The notes beneath the pieces are model-generated. The model saw nothing but the letters and a program-made list of their open reading frames with translations, was not told the DNA's origin and ran no database searches. This document shows positions 11,430 through 24,493 of a DNA stretch of 64,000 nt, piece by piece. A program made the translations under genes and the position numbers. The number at the start of each line of letters is the position of its first letter. Position 1 is the first letter of the stretch. The stretch is from Scyliorhinus canicula (lineage: Eukaryota): assembly GCF_902713615.1 (NCBI RefSeq), contig NW_024055476.1, positions 62,001 to 126,000 on the forward strand. Direction: 5' to 3'.

Positions 11430-11499
11430 TGACATCACTGATGGCTTTGGTCTCATGTGACTTTCTAACTATCATGTTGGGCTTTGCGCCCTCTGCTGG
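11430..11499 (-). promoter_or_regulatory. TCR-V decamer + CTCF-consensus site
   Basis: AGTGATGTCA (11430-11439) and CCAGCAGAGGGCGCA (11485-11499) on minus strand. Confidence 0.65.
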
Positions 11500-12284
11500 T
11501 GGATTATGTTCAATCGGTTCAGAATGGGGGTTACTGAATAGACTTACGGTTTATTGGATTGGATTGGATTGGATTTGTTTATTGTCACGTGTACCGAGGT
11601 ACAGTGAAAAGTATTTTTCTGCAAGCAGCTCAACAGATCATTCAGTACATGGGAAGAAAAGGGAATTGAACAGAATTCAAGAAAATACATGAGAATACAT
11701 AATAGGGCAACACAAGATATACAATGTAACTACATAAGCATTGGCATCGGATGAAGCAGACAGGGTGTAGTGTTAATGAGGACAGTCCATAAAAGGGTCA
11801 TTTAGGAGTCTGGTGACAGTGGGGAAGAAGCTGTTTTTGAGTCTGTTCGTCCGTGTTCTCAGACTTCTGAATCTCCTGCCCGATGGAAGAAGTTGGAAAA
11901 GTGAGTCACAAGGTCTCCAAGGGACTCGGAGGATCTTCAGGCCTGCAAGACAGGATAAAAGACAGAGGTTAGTAATAATGTTAGCTTTAGAATTAATTTT
12001 TAAAAGGTTAGAACGAGTATTTATATTATTACGAGTATATTACGAGTATATATTACGAGTATATTATTGTTTTGTATGTCAAAACATTAATGTCAGGAAT
12101 GAGAACTGACTATCCAAATCTGGATTATTCTCATTATTTCTTTCTCTGGCGCTATCTGTCGGAAGGCAGGTCCAATCCATTGCAACGTCACGGGGAGGCA
12201 GGTCGCAACCACTCCAGAGCTGGAACAGGAATCCAGACCGTTCTGGCTTTCCAATCTCCTGAGCTATCCCCAACCCTCGTTCGC

Positions 12285-13060
12285 AGACAACATGAAAATC
12301 GTCGGTGTGCTAAATAGTGAGGAGGAAAGGTTTAGATTGCAGGATGATATAGACGGACGGGCCAGATGGGAGGAACATTGGCAAATGGAATTTAACCCTG
12401 ATGCATTTTGGGAGGACCTACATTGCAAGAAAACACACAATGAATGGCAGGACGCCAAGAAGTACAGAGGCAAGAGGGACCTTGGTGTTCATGCCCACAG
12501 ATCTCCGCAGGCAACTGGACAAGTAGATAAGGTGGTGAACAAGACATACGGGATACTTGCCTTCATTAACTGAGGCATGGAATATAAGAGCTGGGAGGTT
12601 ATTATGGAGCTGTTTAAAACGCTGGTTCGTCTTCAGCTGGAGTATTTTGTGCACATCTGGTCGCCACCTTACGGAAAGGATGCGATTATACCAGAAAGGC
12701 TGCAGAAGAGATTAATCCGGAGGTTTTCTGGGAAGGAATGTTTCAGCTATGAGGAGAGGCTGGATAGGCTGGAATATTGTCCTTAAAGCAGAGAATACTG
12801 AGGAGAACCTAATCGAGGTGTTCAAAATTATACGTAATATAGATAGGAAGATACCTTTCCATTAGTAGAGGGGTCAACAACGAGGAGGCGTAGATTTAAG
12901 GTAAGGGGCAGAAGATTTAAAGGGAATTTGAGTGTGGTGAGATCCCGGAACTCTGCCTGTAAGGCTGGTCGAGGCGGGAACACTCACAGCAATAAAGAAG
13001 CGTCTAGATTAGGACTTGAAACGCCATTGCATGCAAGGCTCAGGGCCAAGTGTCAGAATT
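12285..13060 (+). mobile_element. Decayed CR1 3' fragment
   Basis: WQMEFNPD, LFKTLVRLQLEY match the ORF2 C-terminus at 4867-7425. Confidence 0.85.
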
Positions 13061-13900
13061 TGGTTTAGACTAGATCGGTACTTGATGACCGGGGCAAACA
13101 TGATGTGTCAAAGGGCCTCTTGTTTGCCGTAAAGCTCCACGACTAAGGCGCCAGAGGCACGGAAGCTGCCGATGACGCCACAAGGCCACCTCTCCTTAGG
13201 TCAAAGAAAGTAAAGGAGAGACTGTACTGAGTTGCTGAAATATAGGTGGGTCTGTCAAAGAAGATGACACGGAGCTGTTTCCACGAGCAGATCCTTGGAT
13301 AATACAGGGATCGAGGAGAAATAAAGCCCAGGGAAATTCCATTCATTATCTACACTGCGATTTGCTGAACTACAGAAGAGGTGTCTAATAAAGGAAGAAA
13401 ATTCAACAATAACTTTAAGAAGGAAATGTAAAGGCAATTACCCGGCTATGTAGAAAATGCTATTTTTGAAAGAAGAATAAGATAACCATTTCAAAGTGTC
13501 TCGGGCAATATAGATCGTGTGGCCTCATCCCTGACTCGAAGATTCTAGATTCTAGTCCGTCATGTCCTCCCGATCTATTTCTTCTCAGTGACTTGCACAG
13601 TGAGCAGGTGCAGGATGGTTACAGTCTAGTGAAGATTCAACCGTCGCTATTTCCGCTCCATCAGTTCCGAGTGCAACTGAGAGTCACCGCACACTTCACT
13701 CAATATTCAGACGGCGATATCCCCGCCCACAGCTTCCGGTTGCTGCTCTCACTCTGACCCAATTGTGTTACTGGAGAGATTGCTGCTGCTGGTTCATTCC
13801 TCTCATTGGTCGGGTCAGCAGTGCAGTATGACGAGGATCTGTATTTCTGTCTCTGACAGAGGATTGATCTCATTGTAGAGTTACAAACTCAAGAAGGATC

Positions 13901-14405
13901 ATGAGGAACCATCTCGCTTCGCTCATCATCGTTATCTCACTTCTCAGTAAGCATTTCCTTCCCAGTAACACTCCAGTCCCTTCCTGACTGCTGTAACCCA
14001 GATGTTATTGTTGGTAAAATGACAGTTATTATTTTGCTGATGATAGTATTGCTGAATGCGATGCTAACTCTGATTGTCATTATTGTTGTTATTTCTGTTA
14101 GAATGGAGCCACCAGGACACCGTGGAACAAAAGGAACCTGAAATAACAGTTACAGAGGAAAATGAAGTTACATTAACCTGCACCTTGGAAACAAGCGATT
14201 CTAGCCTTTATGTGTACTGGTACAGTCAGCAGCCCGGGAAAGCTCCAATGTACATGTTTCTTCTTATTGGACAGGCTGTGCAAAGAAAAACCGACCTCAA
14301 TGATCGGTTTTCTTCTACGTTTGATAAAAAGAACAAGACTACCGAGCTAACGATCAGTAACACAATGATCTCCGACAGCGCCGTGTATTTCTGTTGCATG
14401 CAGCC
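13901..14405 (+). CDS. Intact TCR V (family A): leader 13901-13946, V exon 14102-14405
   Basis: MRNHLASLIIVISLL; DTVEQ..LTC..YWYSQ..SDSAVYFCCMQP; open frame. Confidence 0.88.
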
Positions 14406-14445
14406 CACACTGCTACAGAGATATGGTGGGTCCCGTACAAAAACC
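14406..14445 (+). other. RSS with 24-nt spacer
   Basis: CACACTG + ctacagagatatggtgggtcccgt (24) + ACAAAAACC. Confidence 0.9.
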
Positions 14446-15024
14446 CCACACTGGCAGTTCCAGCTGCTGCTCCCTCATCGGCAGTTCAGTTTCCACAGTG
14501 AGTGACAAACATTGTAACAAAACATCGCACAAAAAGCAAGAGGTGAGGTCCAGTTGCACAGTTAAACCAGTTTACGATTGCAACTTGCATTCATAACAGA
14601 TGTAAGATTGACGAATCGATCTGTGATTCCAAAACTCCTGCTTCTTGTTCATATACTGGTGTACAGACTCACTCACTCACTCACTAAACTATCAGGTCTC
14701 ACTGAACTATAACAAATGCAACAATTTAAATTCATATTGCGCTTTTCACGTCATTACATGTCCAAAGGAGTTTCAGAGGAGCATTCAGGTCATATAATCA
14801 AAAACCTGCTCAAAGAGTTCGGTTATTTAGGGCGGCACAGTGGCTAGCACTGCTGTCTCACAGCGCCAGGGACCCGGATTCTACTCTGGCCTTGGACGAG
14901 CTCGTGGCGTTTGCACGTTGTCCCCGGGTCTGTGATGGTTTCCTCCGTGTGCCGCGGTTTCCTCCTACAACCCAAAAATATGCAGAATAGGTGGATTAGA
15001 TAGATTTAATAAACCTCAAACAGG

Positions 15025-15400
15025 TCCTTCTTCAGCCTTCTCTGCTCTGAGGAAAACAACCCTAAGCTAATCAGCCTGTCTTCATAGCCGAAACACTCCA
15101 TCCCCGGCAACATCCTGGGGAATCTCCACTGCATCCTCTTTCGTGCAATCAAACCCTTCCTGTAGTGTGGCGACCAGAACTGCACACAGGGATCCAGCCG
15201 TTGCCTAACCAGTGTTTCTGCAGCTTCATCATAACCTCCCTGCTCTTATGTTCAACGGAAAATAAACGCAACTATTTCATAACCACCGTATTTTCCTGTC
15301 CTGCTGCTTTCAGGGGTCCATGGATACGCACCCGAGGTCCCTCTGGTTACTGTAATTACCGAGCGGCCTATATTTCATTATATATTCCGTTGCCTTTCTA
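15025..15400 (-). mobile_element. Decayed CR1 fragment
   Basis: Reverse-strand similarity to the ORF2 3' region; counterpart at 46324-46645. Confidence 0.75.
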
Positions 15401-15679
15401 GCCCTCCCAAATTGCACCACCTCAAAATTTTCAGTCAATTTGCCACTGTTTTAAGGTTTTCCTCCTCACTATTTACCACATCAACAATTTTCTCGGAATC
15501 TGCGAATTTACTGATTATACCTTTACCAGCGTCCTTGGGTTACACGGAATGTGGAGCTGAGGCCATGGTCACCTTAGTCATGATGTCACTGAATTGTGGA
15601 GTAGACTCGAGTGGCCGATTGACAAACTCCCTGCTCCCAAGTCGGATGCTCATATGGCAATGAAAATGCCCTGCATTTT

Positions 15680-15890
15680 CCCGAGTCAGTGTTTGTTACT
15701 GAGGGAGACACAGAATCGTTGAGCTGAGCCCCCACACCAGCAGGCCGTATCCTTCAATGGTGCGGCGATCCCTTTGCCGCAGCCAGCTCACGGTACTTGC
15801 TATCCAACATTATCACATCTTGCTTTATTGCAGCAGAGAAATGCATTCCCCTGATTGCCAGCGACACGCTAGTGAAAGACAAGGCCTGTA
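15680..15890 (+). pseudogene. Family-C V pseudogene
   Basis: PESVFVTEGDTESLS*..ILQW..ITSCFIAAEK aligns with the 9347 V; no RSS. Confidence 0.7.
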
Positions 15891-16084
15891 AAATTGGGCA
15901 ACCAATACCTGGACATAAATATGTACGCGGAAATACTGGAAGTTTGTCACTCGCGGAATTATTATAGCGCCAGGAATGTTATAGCACTCAGAATCCCAGA
16001 TACACAGAAACACCAGTTCAGATGAGGCCTTCCGGTCAATCGAGTCTGCACCAACATGTGAAAAATACAGGACTAACTACAGGA

Positions 16085-16570
16085 CCTCATTTGTCAGCAC
16101 GTGTTCCATAGCCTTGAATGTGAAGACGTGTAATGTGCTCATCCAGGTACTATTTAATGGATGTGAAGCACACTGCCTGTACCACCCTCCCACGTAGTTT
16201 ACTCCAAACAGTCACCATCCTCTGAATAAATAAGATTTTCCTCCAATCCCCCATAACCTCCTGCCCCTCACCTTGAATTTGTGTACCCTCGCAACTGACA
16301 CTTCAACTAAGGGGAACAGCTGCTCCCTATCCACCCTGCCATGACCCTCGTAATCTTGTACACCCAAGACTATGCAACTTCTCTTCATAACATAAATGTT
16401 CCATCCCAGGCAACATCCTGGTGAATCTCCTCTGCACCCCCTCCAGTGCAATCACATCCTTCCTATAATGTGGCGCCCAGAATTGCACACAGTACTCCTG
16501 CTGTGGCCTCACGACAGTTCTGTACAACTCCAACATGATCGCCCTGCTTTTAGAATCCATGCCTCTATTG
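16085..16570 (-). mobile_element. CR1 3' fragment
   Basis: YCVQFWAPHYRKDVIALEGVQRRFTRMLPG. Confidence 0.85.
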
Positions 16571-17946
16571 TCCTGCAAGTAGGGATGGTGCGGTGGAACA
16601 GGAGTGGTACAGTGGTTAGCACTGCTGCCTCACAGCGCCAGGGACCCGGGTTCACTTCCGGCCGTGAGTGTGCAGTTTGCACTTTCTCCCCATGTCTGCG
16701 TGGGTTTCCTCCGGCTGCTCAAGTTTTTTTTTTAAGACCTTATCAGAGTTACAAAGCTAGAGCTCAGAGTCGGGACAGGGGCAAACCCCTAATGCAGCTC
16801 CATGCCTGCTCCAAAAACCAATTCAAATTGAATCCAATGCATGCCCCCCAGAAGAGACATACCAGATCCAGGCATCACACCTGACCTCACGCTCATCTTA
16901 GCAAAAAGACGGGAAGCGATTTTCTCCCACTCTTCAAAGATGTGTAGGAAATCTGGATTGACCTTGTTAAATTGCCCCTTAGCGCCCCTTCGTCTCAATT
17001 GGGCGAAGTCTGTCCCTGATCTGTGTGGGAATCCAACATAAAACATGTCGTGTCAACAGAAGCTTCAGGTATTTTCGATCGACAACTTGATTTCTATTAA
17101 AGTCTAAACCTGGCACCATGTGCTTCCAATGTCCCAGACTGATAGTAATTCTCATGTTGTTCAGCGGTTATTGTACATAATAATAATAATCTTTATTTGT
17201 GTCACAATTTGGCTTACATGAAGACTGCAATGATGTTACGGTGAAAATCCCCTAGTCACCACATTCCGACGCCTGTTCGGGTACACAGAGAGAATTCAGA
17301 ATGTCCAAATTATCTAACAGCATGTCTTTTGCGACTTGTGGGAGGAAACCGGAACACCCTGAGGAAACACACGCAGACACTAGGAGAATGTGCAGACTCC
17401 ACACAGACAGTGACTCAAGCGGGGAATCGAGCCCGGTTTCATGGAGCTGTGAGGCAGCAAGGCAAACCACTGAGCCACAGTGCCGCCCATTAAGTACCTT
17501 GCACATTTAGTACCGCAGCAGGCATTGATCCATTCTGCATTTCGTTACAGGAACGGGTAACGAGAAGTCTTTGTCCTTGGACTCATCTGCTCAAGCAGGC
17601 CATGATTTTCGCCTATCTTAAGTCCTCAGTTGAGTGCATCCCTCAGCTGGTCGGTAGATACCCAGGTTTTAAAGTTACAATACATTTGCGGTATGATTGA
17701 CCATGATAAGACCATAAGACCAGAAGACATAGGAGCAGAACTAGGCCACTTGGCCCATCGTGTCCGCTCCGCCATTCAATCATGGCTTATATTTTCAGCC
17801 ATAGCTCTCAAGATTTCCCAAACTATTCCTCTGTTGATCTAAAAAGGCCAGAGAACTGTCCGGTAAATAGACATGATTGCTTGCCTGAGCGCGGGATCAA
17901 TTCCTTCTCGGAAAGGAACCTCAGTGATGCTGTGAACACTCATTCA

Positions 17947-18687
17947 GGGTTGTGTACCGGGCTTTAGGTTTTCTCTAAAGCTTTTACTCAGTGAGCAGTA
18001 ATAGACCGCCCCTTCCTCCACATCGAATGCGCTTATACTGAGGTAACCGTTCTGTTTAGATTTGTCAGCAAACGCCAGGTATCGTCCAAAACCCACATCT
18101 TTCTTCATTGCTGAGTTGTTGGTGATAATCCATCTCGGTGGCTGTGCCGGTTTCTCCTGATACCATTGCATTTGGTACATTTTGGGGCCTTTATATTGGC
18201 AATTTAACTTCACCGAACCCCCTTCTGAGACTGTTATTGTCACTGGTGACTGGGCTACTGGATTACATATAGCCCGCCTGCGAAAGTGAAAGAATGAAAT
18301 GAACAGATTGTTGTTCCTTTATAAATTTAGAGTTTTTTCAATTAAGAGGTACTTTTTAGCGTGGCCACTCCACTTAGCCTGCACATCTAGGTTGTGGGAG
18401 TGAGAATGTTCAAACACCATACGGACAGTGATCTGGGACCGGGATCGAACCCGGGTCCTCAGCGTAATGAGGCAGCAGTGCCAACCATTGCGCCACCGTG
18501 GCGCCCTGAGTTTGATACAAATTTGCTTGTATCTGCGGCATTTTTTGGGACGTCTGATGCAGGCACTTCATAGACATTCCCGATCGATAATTATACTCTA
18601 GCCTATGTGTATTAATATACTAATCTGTTTTAATTAACAGTACCAGTACTTACTGTGCCAAAGCACCACCAGTATTATAACAACCAT
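17947..18687 (-). pseudogene. Family-B V pseudogene
   Basis: Leader 18654-18687; exon from 18277 has a 1-nt deletion giving an early TAG; body LNCQY..WYQEK..AVYYCSL; heptamer lost; SINE in intron. Confidence 0.85.
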
Positions 18688-18783
18688 GTCTGACTGAATC
18701 TCTCTCACTGAACTGGACTGGACTGAGTCAGGGATTGTGTTGGAGAGAGGGAACTTAGTGCAGTGCAGGGAGAGGGTCAATTG

Positions 18784-18873
18784 TGACATCACTCGCCTCC
18801 CATCCTATCGGCTTGGCCGACACCATCAGGTGAGTTTCTGACGCCCGTGCTTGAATTTGGCGCCCTCTGCTGC
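18784..18873 (-). promoter_or_regulatory. TCR-V decamer + CTCF-consensus site
   Basis: AGTGATGTCA 18784-18793; GCAGCAGAGGGCGCC 18859-18873. Confidence 0.65.
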
Positions 18874-19350
18874 CGGATTCGGTTTACTCCGTGTTCGAAT
18901 TCGGCTATTGAGTGGATTCAGTGTTGACTGCAATGCATATCAGGGCGGGAAACCTAGACAGGAATCTAAATTTCAGCGGTGTATACACTGTCTTTGTCAC
19001 TATAGGTGTTTCTAATCAAAAAACGATGCGTAATCTGTGCAAATCATCCCTGGAGTTCTCGGTTCACACCATGGATGCGACGAAGTCGAAAGAATGCCAA
19101 GACTTTGGTGGACATGCGGAGGTTAGAACTCAGAATAATAGCAGGGCTCAACAGACTAGTTTTGTTTATTTTGGTTCTGACGAAGAAGGTACAAAAGGGG
19201 AATTGCTCTGAACTTCGCTTTTTTCAAAGACCAGATTGTCTGGAATTATTTTCATTAGCTGAAGGTCCTATGAAGATGATAGATATTTCATGCTGCAAGT
19301 GTTTGCGAGAGAATGTAACGTTACAGAGAACTTTTAATGGATCAGCACTG

Positions 19351-19422
19351 AGGCACGGGCGGGATTCGAACCCGCGATTTTTGGTTTACGAGACCAACGC
19401 CTTTCCTCTTGGCCACCGCACC
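19351..19422 (-). tRNA. tRNA-Thr(CGT)
   Basis: 72 nt cloverleaf; anticodon stem TTGGT/ACCAA, loop CTCGTAA, T arm GCGGG-TTCGAAT-CCCGC. Confidence 0.9.
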
Positions 19423-19962
19423 CCAAGTCAATGATGTTAATTTCACTGTGAGTTGTTATCATTTGGAGTCTGACGCAACAATTGATGAGAGAAGAAGAAT
19501 CAATAGAACATTTAAAAATGTATTGTCAGAACCTGAGAACGGAAAACAACACGGGATTTAAATGCAGGGTGAAGAGGGCAATAGAAAAGGTTATTTCAAA
19601 TAGGCGCAGGTAGCGTCAGTTCAATCTGCCCCCACCCCTCCGACACCATATTGTTCTCAGTGAGTTGAGCAGGTGCAGGATGGTCACGGGATGCTGGATG
19701 CTCAACTGTCACTATTTCCGCTCCATCACTTGTGACTGCAGCTGATAACCGCCGCACACTTTTTCAGCTTTGAGTCTGCGGTGCCTCGGTCACAGCTTCC
19801 GTTTGGTGCTCTCGCTCCAACACCGTTGTGACATTCTAGACATTGCTGCCGCTGCTCGATTCCTGTCATTGGTTGGATCAGCAATGCAGTGGGACCTGAA
19901 TCGGGATTGCTGCTCTGACAGATAATTGCCAGCCCTGAAGAGCGATTGATTCAGGAACAAGC

Positions 19963-20430
19963 GTGGGGAACCGCCTCGTCACCCTCTTCGTTATGATCTC
20001 GCTACTCAGTATTTCCTTTACTGCAAAATCCCCATTCTCCCCTCACTGAGTAACCAGATATTATTGTTAATTAAATAATTATTATTATGGTGCGGGTGAC
20101 CGTTACGTTGGTCAATATGAGGCTGATTCTGAATTTTCAAATTATTATTGATTTCTGACCGTTTTTATCAGACTGGAGCCACCAAGACCCAGTGGAACAT
20201 CTGGACCCTGAAATGAGGGTTCAAGAGGATATTGACGCCACACATCAATACAATCGACCCTGACTCTCCTAAAACAGTCAGCATCCGGGCAGCCTGCACG
20301 ATTCATGTTTCGCCAGATTGGAGAGAATCTGCGTAGCAGCAAATGTAGAAGTGATCTCAATATGATACACATATAGAGAAATACCAGCACTCAAATATTG
20401 AGATCCCTGTATATGTCTGTGCCGTCAATC
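19963..20430 (+). pseudogene. Family-A V pseudogene
   Basis: Leader ATG->GTG; exon WSHQDPVEH.. with deletions and frameshifts; family-A promoter block upstream. Confidence 0.75.
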
Positions 20431-20854
20431 ACATTATAGCAGAAACAAACCGACACAGCGAGCGGGAGAGGGGTATGTGGGGGTGGCGGGGGGGGGGGGG
20501 GGGGCGGTGATATTCACCTCTCAAGGTGGATGTCAGAGGACAGTCAGAAAGACCATCGCCATTTATAATGATTATGTGAAAATGGAGCAAGACGGGATAT
20601 GTAAACCATTGGCCATTTTTTCTGAGCGAGCTTCGTGAATCTATGGAATTCTCCCGCAGAGACCGCTGAGGTAAGTCCATTGAAGATTTTTAGACAGATG
20701 TGGTTGGATTCTCGACTGAAAGGTAAGCAAATGCATCCGGGGTAGGTGAAATGTGAATCTGAGGTCATGTTCGCAACTGTCACGAACGTATTGAATGTTG
20801 GAGAAGGCTCAAGGGGATGAATAGCCAACTCCTGCTCAACATTCGTCTGTTAGC

Positions 20855-21050
20855 AGGTCCGTGAAGAGGTGTCACAATCTCCTGAGTCGGTGTTTGTTAT
20901 CGAGGGAGACACAGCATCGTTGAACTATTCCCCAGCTCAGAGCCATGAAGGATATTACAGCGATAGAAGTAACTCCATGCTGCAGCGGGCGCACCTTACT
21001 TGTTATCAGAACAGGATCACAACTCTGTGCATTTCAACAGATTGCCAGGG
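20855..21050 (+). pseudogene. Family-C V pseudogene fragment
   Basis: EEVSQSPESVFVIEGDTASLNYS..ILQ..QNRITTLCISTD aligns with the 9347 V. Confidence 0.7.
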
Positions 21051-21626
21051 ACCGAATGAGAATGCTGGCAATATTGGTCCCCTGAGGCAGTGCGGAAAAT
21101 ATCTGGAAGGACCGTACACATGCATGGCCCCGCGGGCATGGACATTTTTGAGACGTGGACTCATCACAGGCCCGTGGATGTTACAGAATTCACTTCGACA
21201 GCACCACACTTTCGTTGAAACACGTCCCTTATCTGGGAACCTCCATAACAGAAAGCAGGAAGTGTCAACATAGATTTTATGTATTTTCGATCGGAAAGTC
21301 GATGTTCTACTGAAGACTACTAGGGGCTCAGACTCGTTGGCATAAGGTCGACCTAAGTTAGCGGTCCTGGAACATTTTATTATCCCCACATCTCAGAACT
21401 TTCATTACTTCTGCTCGGAAGTGGATATTCCAAGTTTAAGTGTACTGTGCATCGCGACATGCAGATTAATCTCACGAAGCCCAAACTTTATTGACCTGAA
21501 CAAGGACTGAGACAGCAATGTAATTGGTGGATAAAGAGACCTGAGTGTTTTTCTGAATCGAGATCAACCCATCCTCCGCGACAAGGGCAGGAACGCAAAT
21601 TTAGTGGAACTGAAAATACTCTCTGA

Positions 21627-22110
21627 GGCTTTTGTACGTGATTTTAGCTGCTATGTGACACTGGCTCATTGCACAGTAATAGACCGCCCCGTCCCCCACA
21701 CTGAGCGCGTTTATATTGAGGTAACCATTCTTTTTAGACTTGTTGGCAGCCGCCAGATATAGTCCTGAGATCTCCTCTTTCTTCATCGCCAATATGTTCA
21801 TGATGATCAATTTCGGCGGCTGTGCCGGTTTTTGCTGATACCATAGCATGTGGTACATAGTCGGGTCTGTATATTCACAATCTAACTGCACTGAACATCC
21901 TTCTGATGCGGATTTTGTCACCGGTCACTGTGTTATTGGATCAGCGCATAGCCCGCCTGCGAAAATATGCAATATTAAAAGTTAGTCACAAGTTGCGAGA
22001 ATCTGAGAGTGAGTTGTCCGTCCGAGAAACACGCGGCTGAGGTTCCGGAGAATCCAGCCTATAATCCAATACTTACTGTGCAAGAGCGCCGCCAGTATTA
22101 ACAGAGACAT
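21627..22110 (-). pseudogene. Family-B V pseudogene
   Basis: Intact leader 22077-22110; in-frame TGA at 21925-21927; heptamer has 1-nt deletion (CCAGTG), 23 spacer, ACAAAAGCC. Confidence 0.9.
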
Positions 22111-22234
22111 GTCTGACTAAATCTCTCTGAGTGAATGGGAATGGGATGAGGCAGAGATTGAGAAGCAGAGAGGGATCCCGAGCTCTGTTCAGCTCGTTCT
22201 TCCACCCACACACTGCAGGTGGTCAGTGCTATTG

Positions 22235-22325
22235 TGACATCACTCCGGATACCGTCCCCATTGATTTGTCAATGCTATCACGTGACTTAATCAGGCCTAT
22301 GCTTGACATTGGAGCCCTCTGCTGC
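22235..22325 (-). promoter_or_regulatory. Decamer, E-box (CACGTG) and CTCF-like site
   Basis: AGTGATGTCA 22235-22244; tcacgtgac ~22278; GCAGCAGAGGGCTCC 22311-22325. Confidence 0.55.
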
Positions 22326-22424
22326 AGGGTTCTAAGTATTCCATATGTAGGAGGAGGTCATTGCGTGGATTCGGTGAGTATTTTTTCTGCAGACATGAAC
22401 GTTTGCCAGAAAGCTAATTTCAGC

Positions 22425-22755
22425 ACGGTGGCACAGTGGTCAACACTGCTGCATCACAGCACCAGGGGCCCAGGTTCAATTCCGGCCTTGGGTGACTGTG
22501 TGGGGTTTGCACTTTCTCCCCGTTTATGCGTGGGTTTCCTCCGGGTGCTCCAGTTACCTTCCACAGTCTAAAGATTTGCAGGTTGGGATGCATTGGCCAT
22601 GCTAAATTGTCCCTCAGCATCATGGATGTTTAGATTAGGTTCAAGGATTACAGGAATTAGGTGGAGAACTGGGCTTGGGTGGAGTGCTCTTCCAGAGGAT
22701 CGGTGCGGACTCGATGGCCAAATGTCCTCCTTCTGCACTGTAGAGATTCTATGAT
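22425..22755 (+). mobile_element. SINE (shared with right arm 41715-42050)
   Basis: SINE consensus, same insertion point in both arms. Confidence 0.85.
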
Positions 22756-24493
22756 TATATTCTACAAATTGGAGCAATATGGACACAGGTTTTGTCACTG
22801 TTTATGTTTATATCAAAACGTGCTCCTAACTCTGTAGAAATTATTGCTGGATTTCTCTGTCCAAATCCAGTGAAAGATAAAGTACAAAGAATGTTAACGC
22901 GTTGGATAGAGTGCAAATGATATATATCAGAAGAGTACCAGGAATGAAGGACGTTTATGAAAATAGACAAGGGAATCTTGGATTATTTTGCTCGTCACAA
23001 AAAAGGTAGAAAGGAGAATCAATTTATCTCCTCAGAATTTTGCCCTTGTGCTGGAATAGATCACATGTAATTATTTCCGTTGGTAGACGATTCAATGACA
23101 ACATCACTTCAATTTCATGGAAAATGTATAGTGAAAGATTAATTTTATTTTTTCCATTGTGATTTCTTATTACCAGGAATACCGCATCAAAATGATAAAG
23201 GGCGAAGATAAACATGAACTTGTCAAAGGGATATTGCCATAAATTTAAAAATGGAAGGCAACGTGGACAATGCGGGTGTGAAAGCCGCTAGTTGTCCCAC
23301 TTTCAAATAGGCCTCATTCCGTTCCCTAAATGTTTGTGATTTTGGGTCCTTCCTGCCGACAGACTTGTTTTTATTCCCCTCAGTCACTTGAGAAATGAAA
23401 AGGTGCAGAAAGTGCACAAATTCTGGAGGCTCAATCGCTGACATTTCCACTCCATCAATTGCGCTGGCAGCTGATAGTTTGATCAGTTTTGAGTCTGTGA
23501 TATGTTGAGCATTGCGTTATTGCGTTTACTACTCTCGGTTTAATCCGATTGTACTATTACAATCATTGCTTCGCTTGGCCCAATTCTGTCCTTGGTTCGG
23601 TCAGCAGTTCAGTCCGACTAGATTTTATATTTCTACTTGACAGATAATTTATTGCTTTGGTGAGCGGCCGACCAGGACCTACCCTGCACGTTGCATCGCT
23701 TCTTGTTATTCTCTCACTCTCAGTGAGAATTAATTTCTCGGTAAAACTCTATTCGCCCCAGATTGATATGTCCTCCCAAGTATCACTTATTCCACTTGAT
23801 TACCTAACAATCACGGTTTTCTAACACCCGTAACTCAGACACTATTTAATTTCTATTTGTGCGACTTATAACATAGTTCTATGCGAATCACTCAGACTCC
23901 TTGTTTACCATCCATATTATACATGATGTAGGTAGTTCAAAGATTAGTTAGCAGTTATTTTCTGGCTTTGGTACCACAACGACATTGGAAGTACATCTTT
24001 GCTGCATTCTGGACATAAGGTGACCTCCTCGAAACGAATTTGTATTTCCTTGCCTTAAACATGCTTTGACGTCGAGGTTCTCCCTCAACAAAACAAATTT
24101 GTCATTTGTTTTTCTTCATTTGTTAGTTCCCAGTACTCCGTATTGCTGCATTGTTCTCTCTCACAATATAATCATCTAAATTCTCCGCTCTCTCTCTCTC
24201 TGTCTCGCTCTGTTTGCCTTCATGTCTTTCTTTCATGATCATTGCCTTTCCTGCTTATCTCCCTCTTTGGAAGAACAGCCCGTACTGCACAGTTATACTC
24301 ATTCCATATTTGTTGGCTGATTTCGACCTCCATTGGTACATAAATATTCGGGGTAAGCTCCGTGGTATTTACTGAAATGTGTAACTGCGGACATAGAGCT
24401 AGGTCGCAGGAATTCGGGGGGCGGATCTCTCTTGAAATGGACAAGGGCAACGAGGCATCGCAATTAATTATCCGACAGGTAAGTACTTGCTGA

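Larger units (their letters stand above)
13380..23220 (+). repeat. Left arm of outer inverted segmental duplication
   Basis: Colinear reverse-complement matches to 41255-48300 (V genes, tRNA, SINE, unique spacers); 16.1-19.2 kb has no counterpart. Confidence 0.88.
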
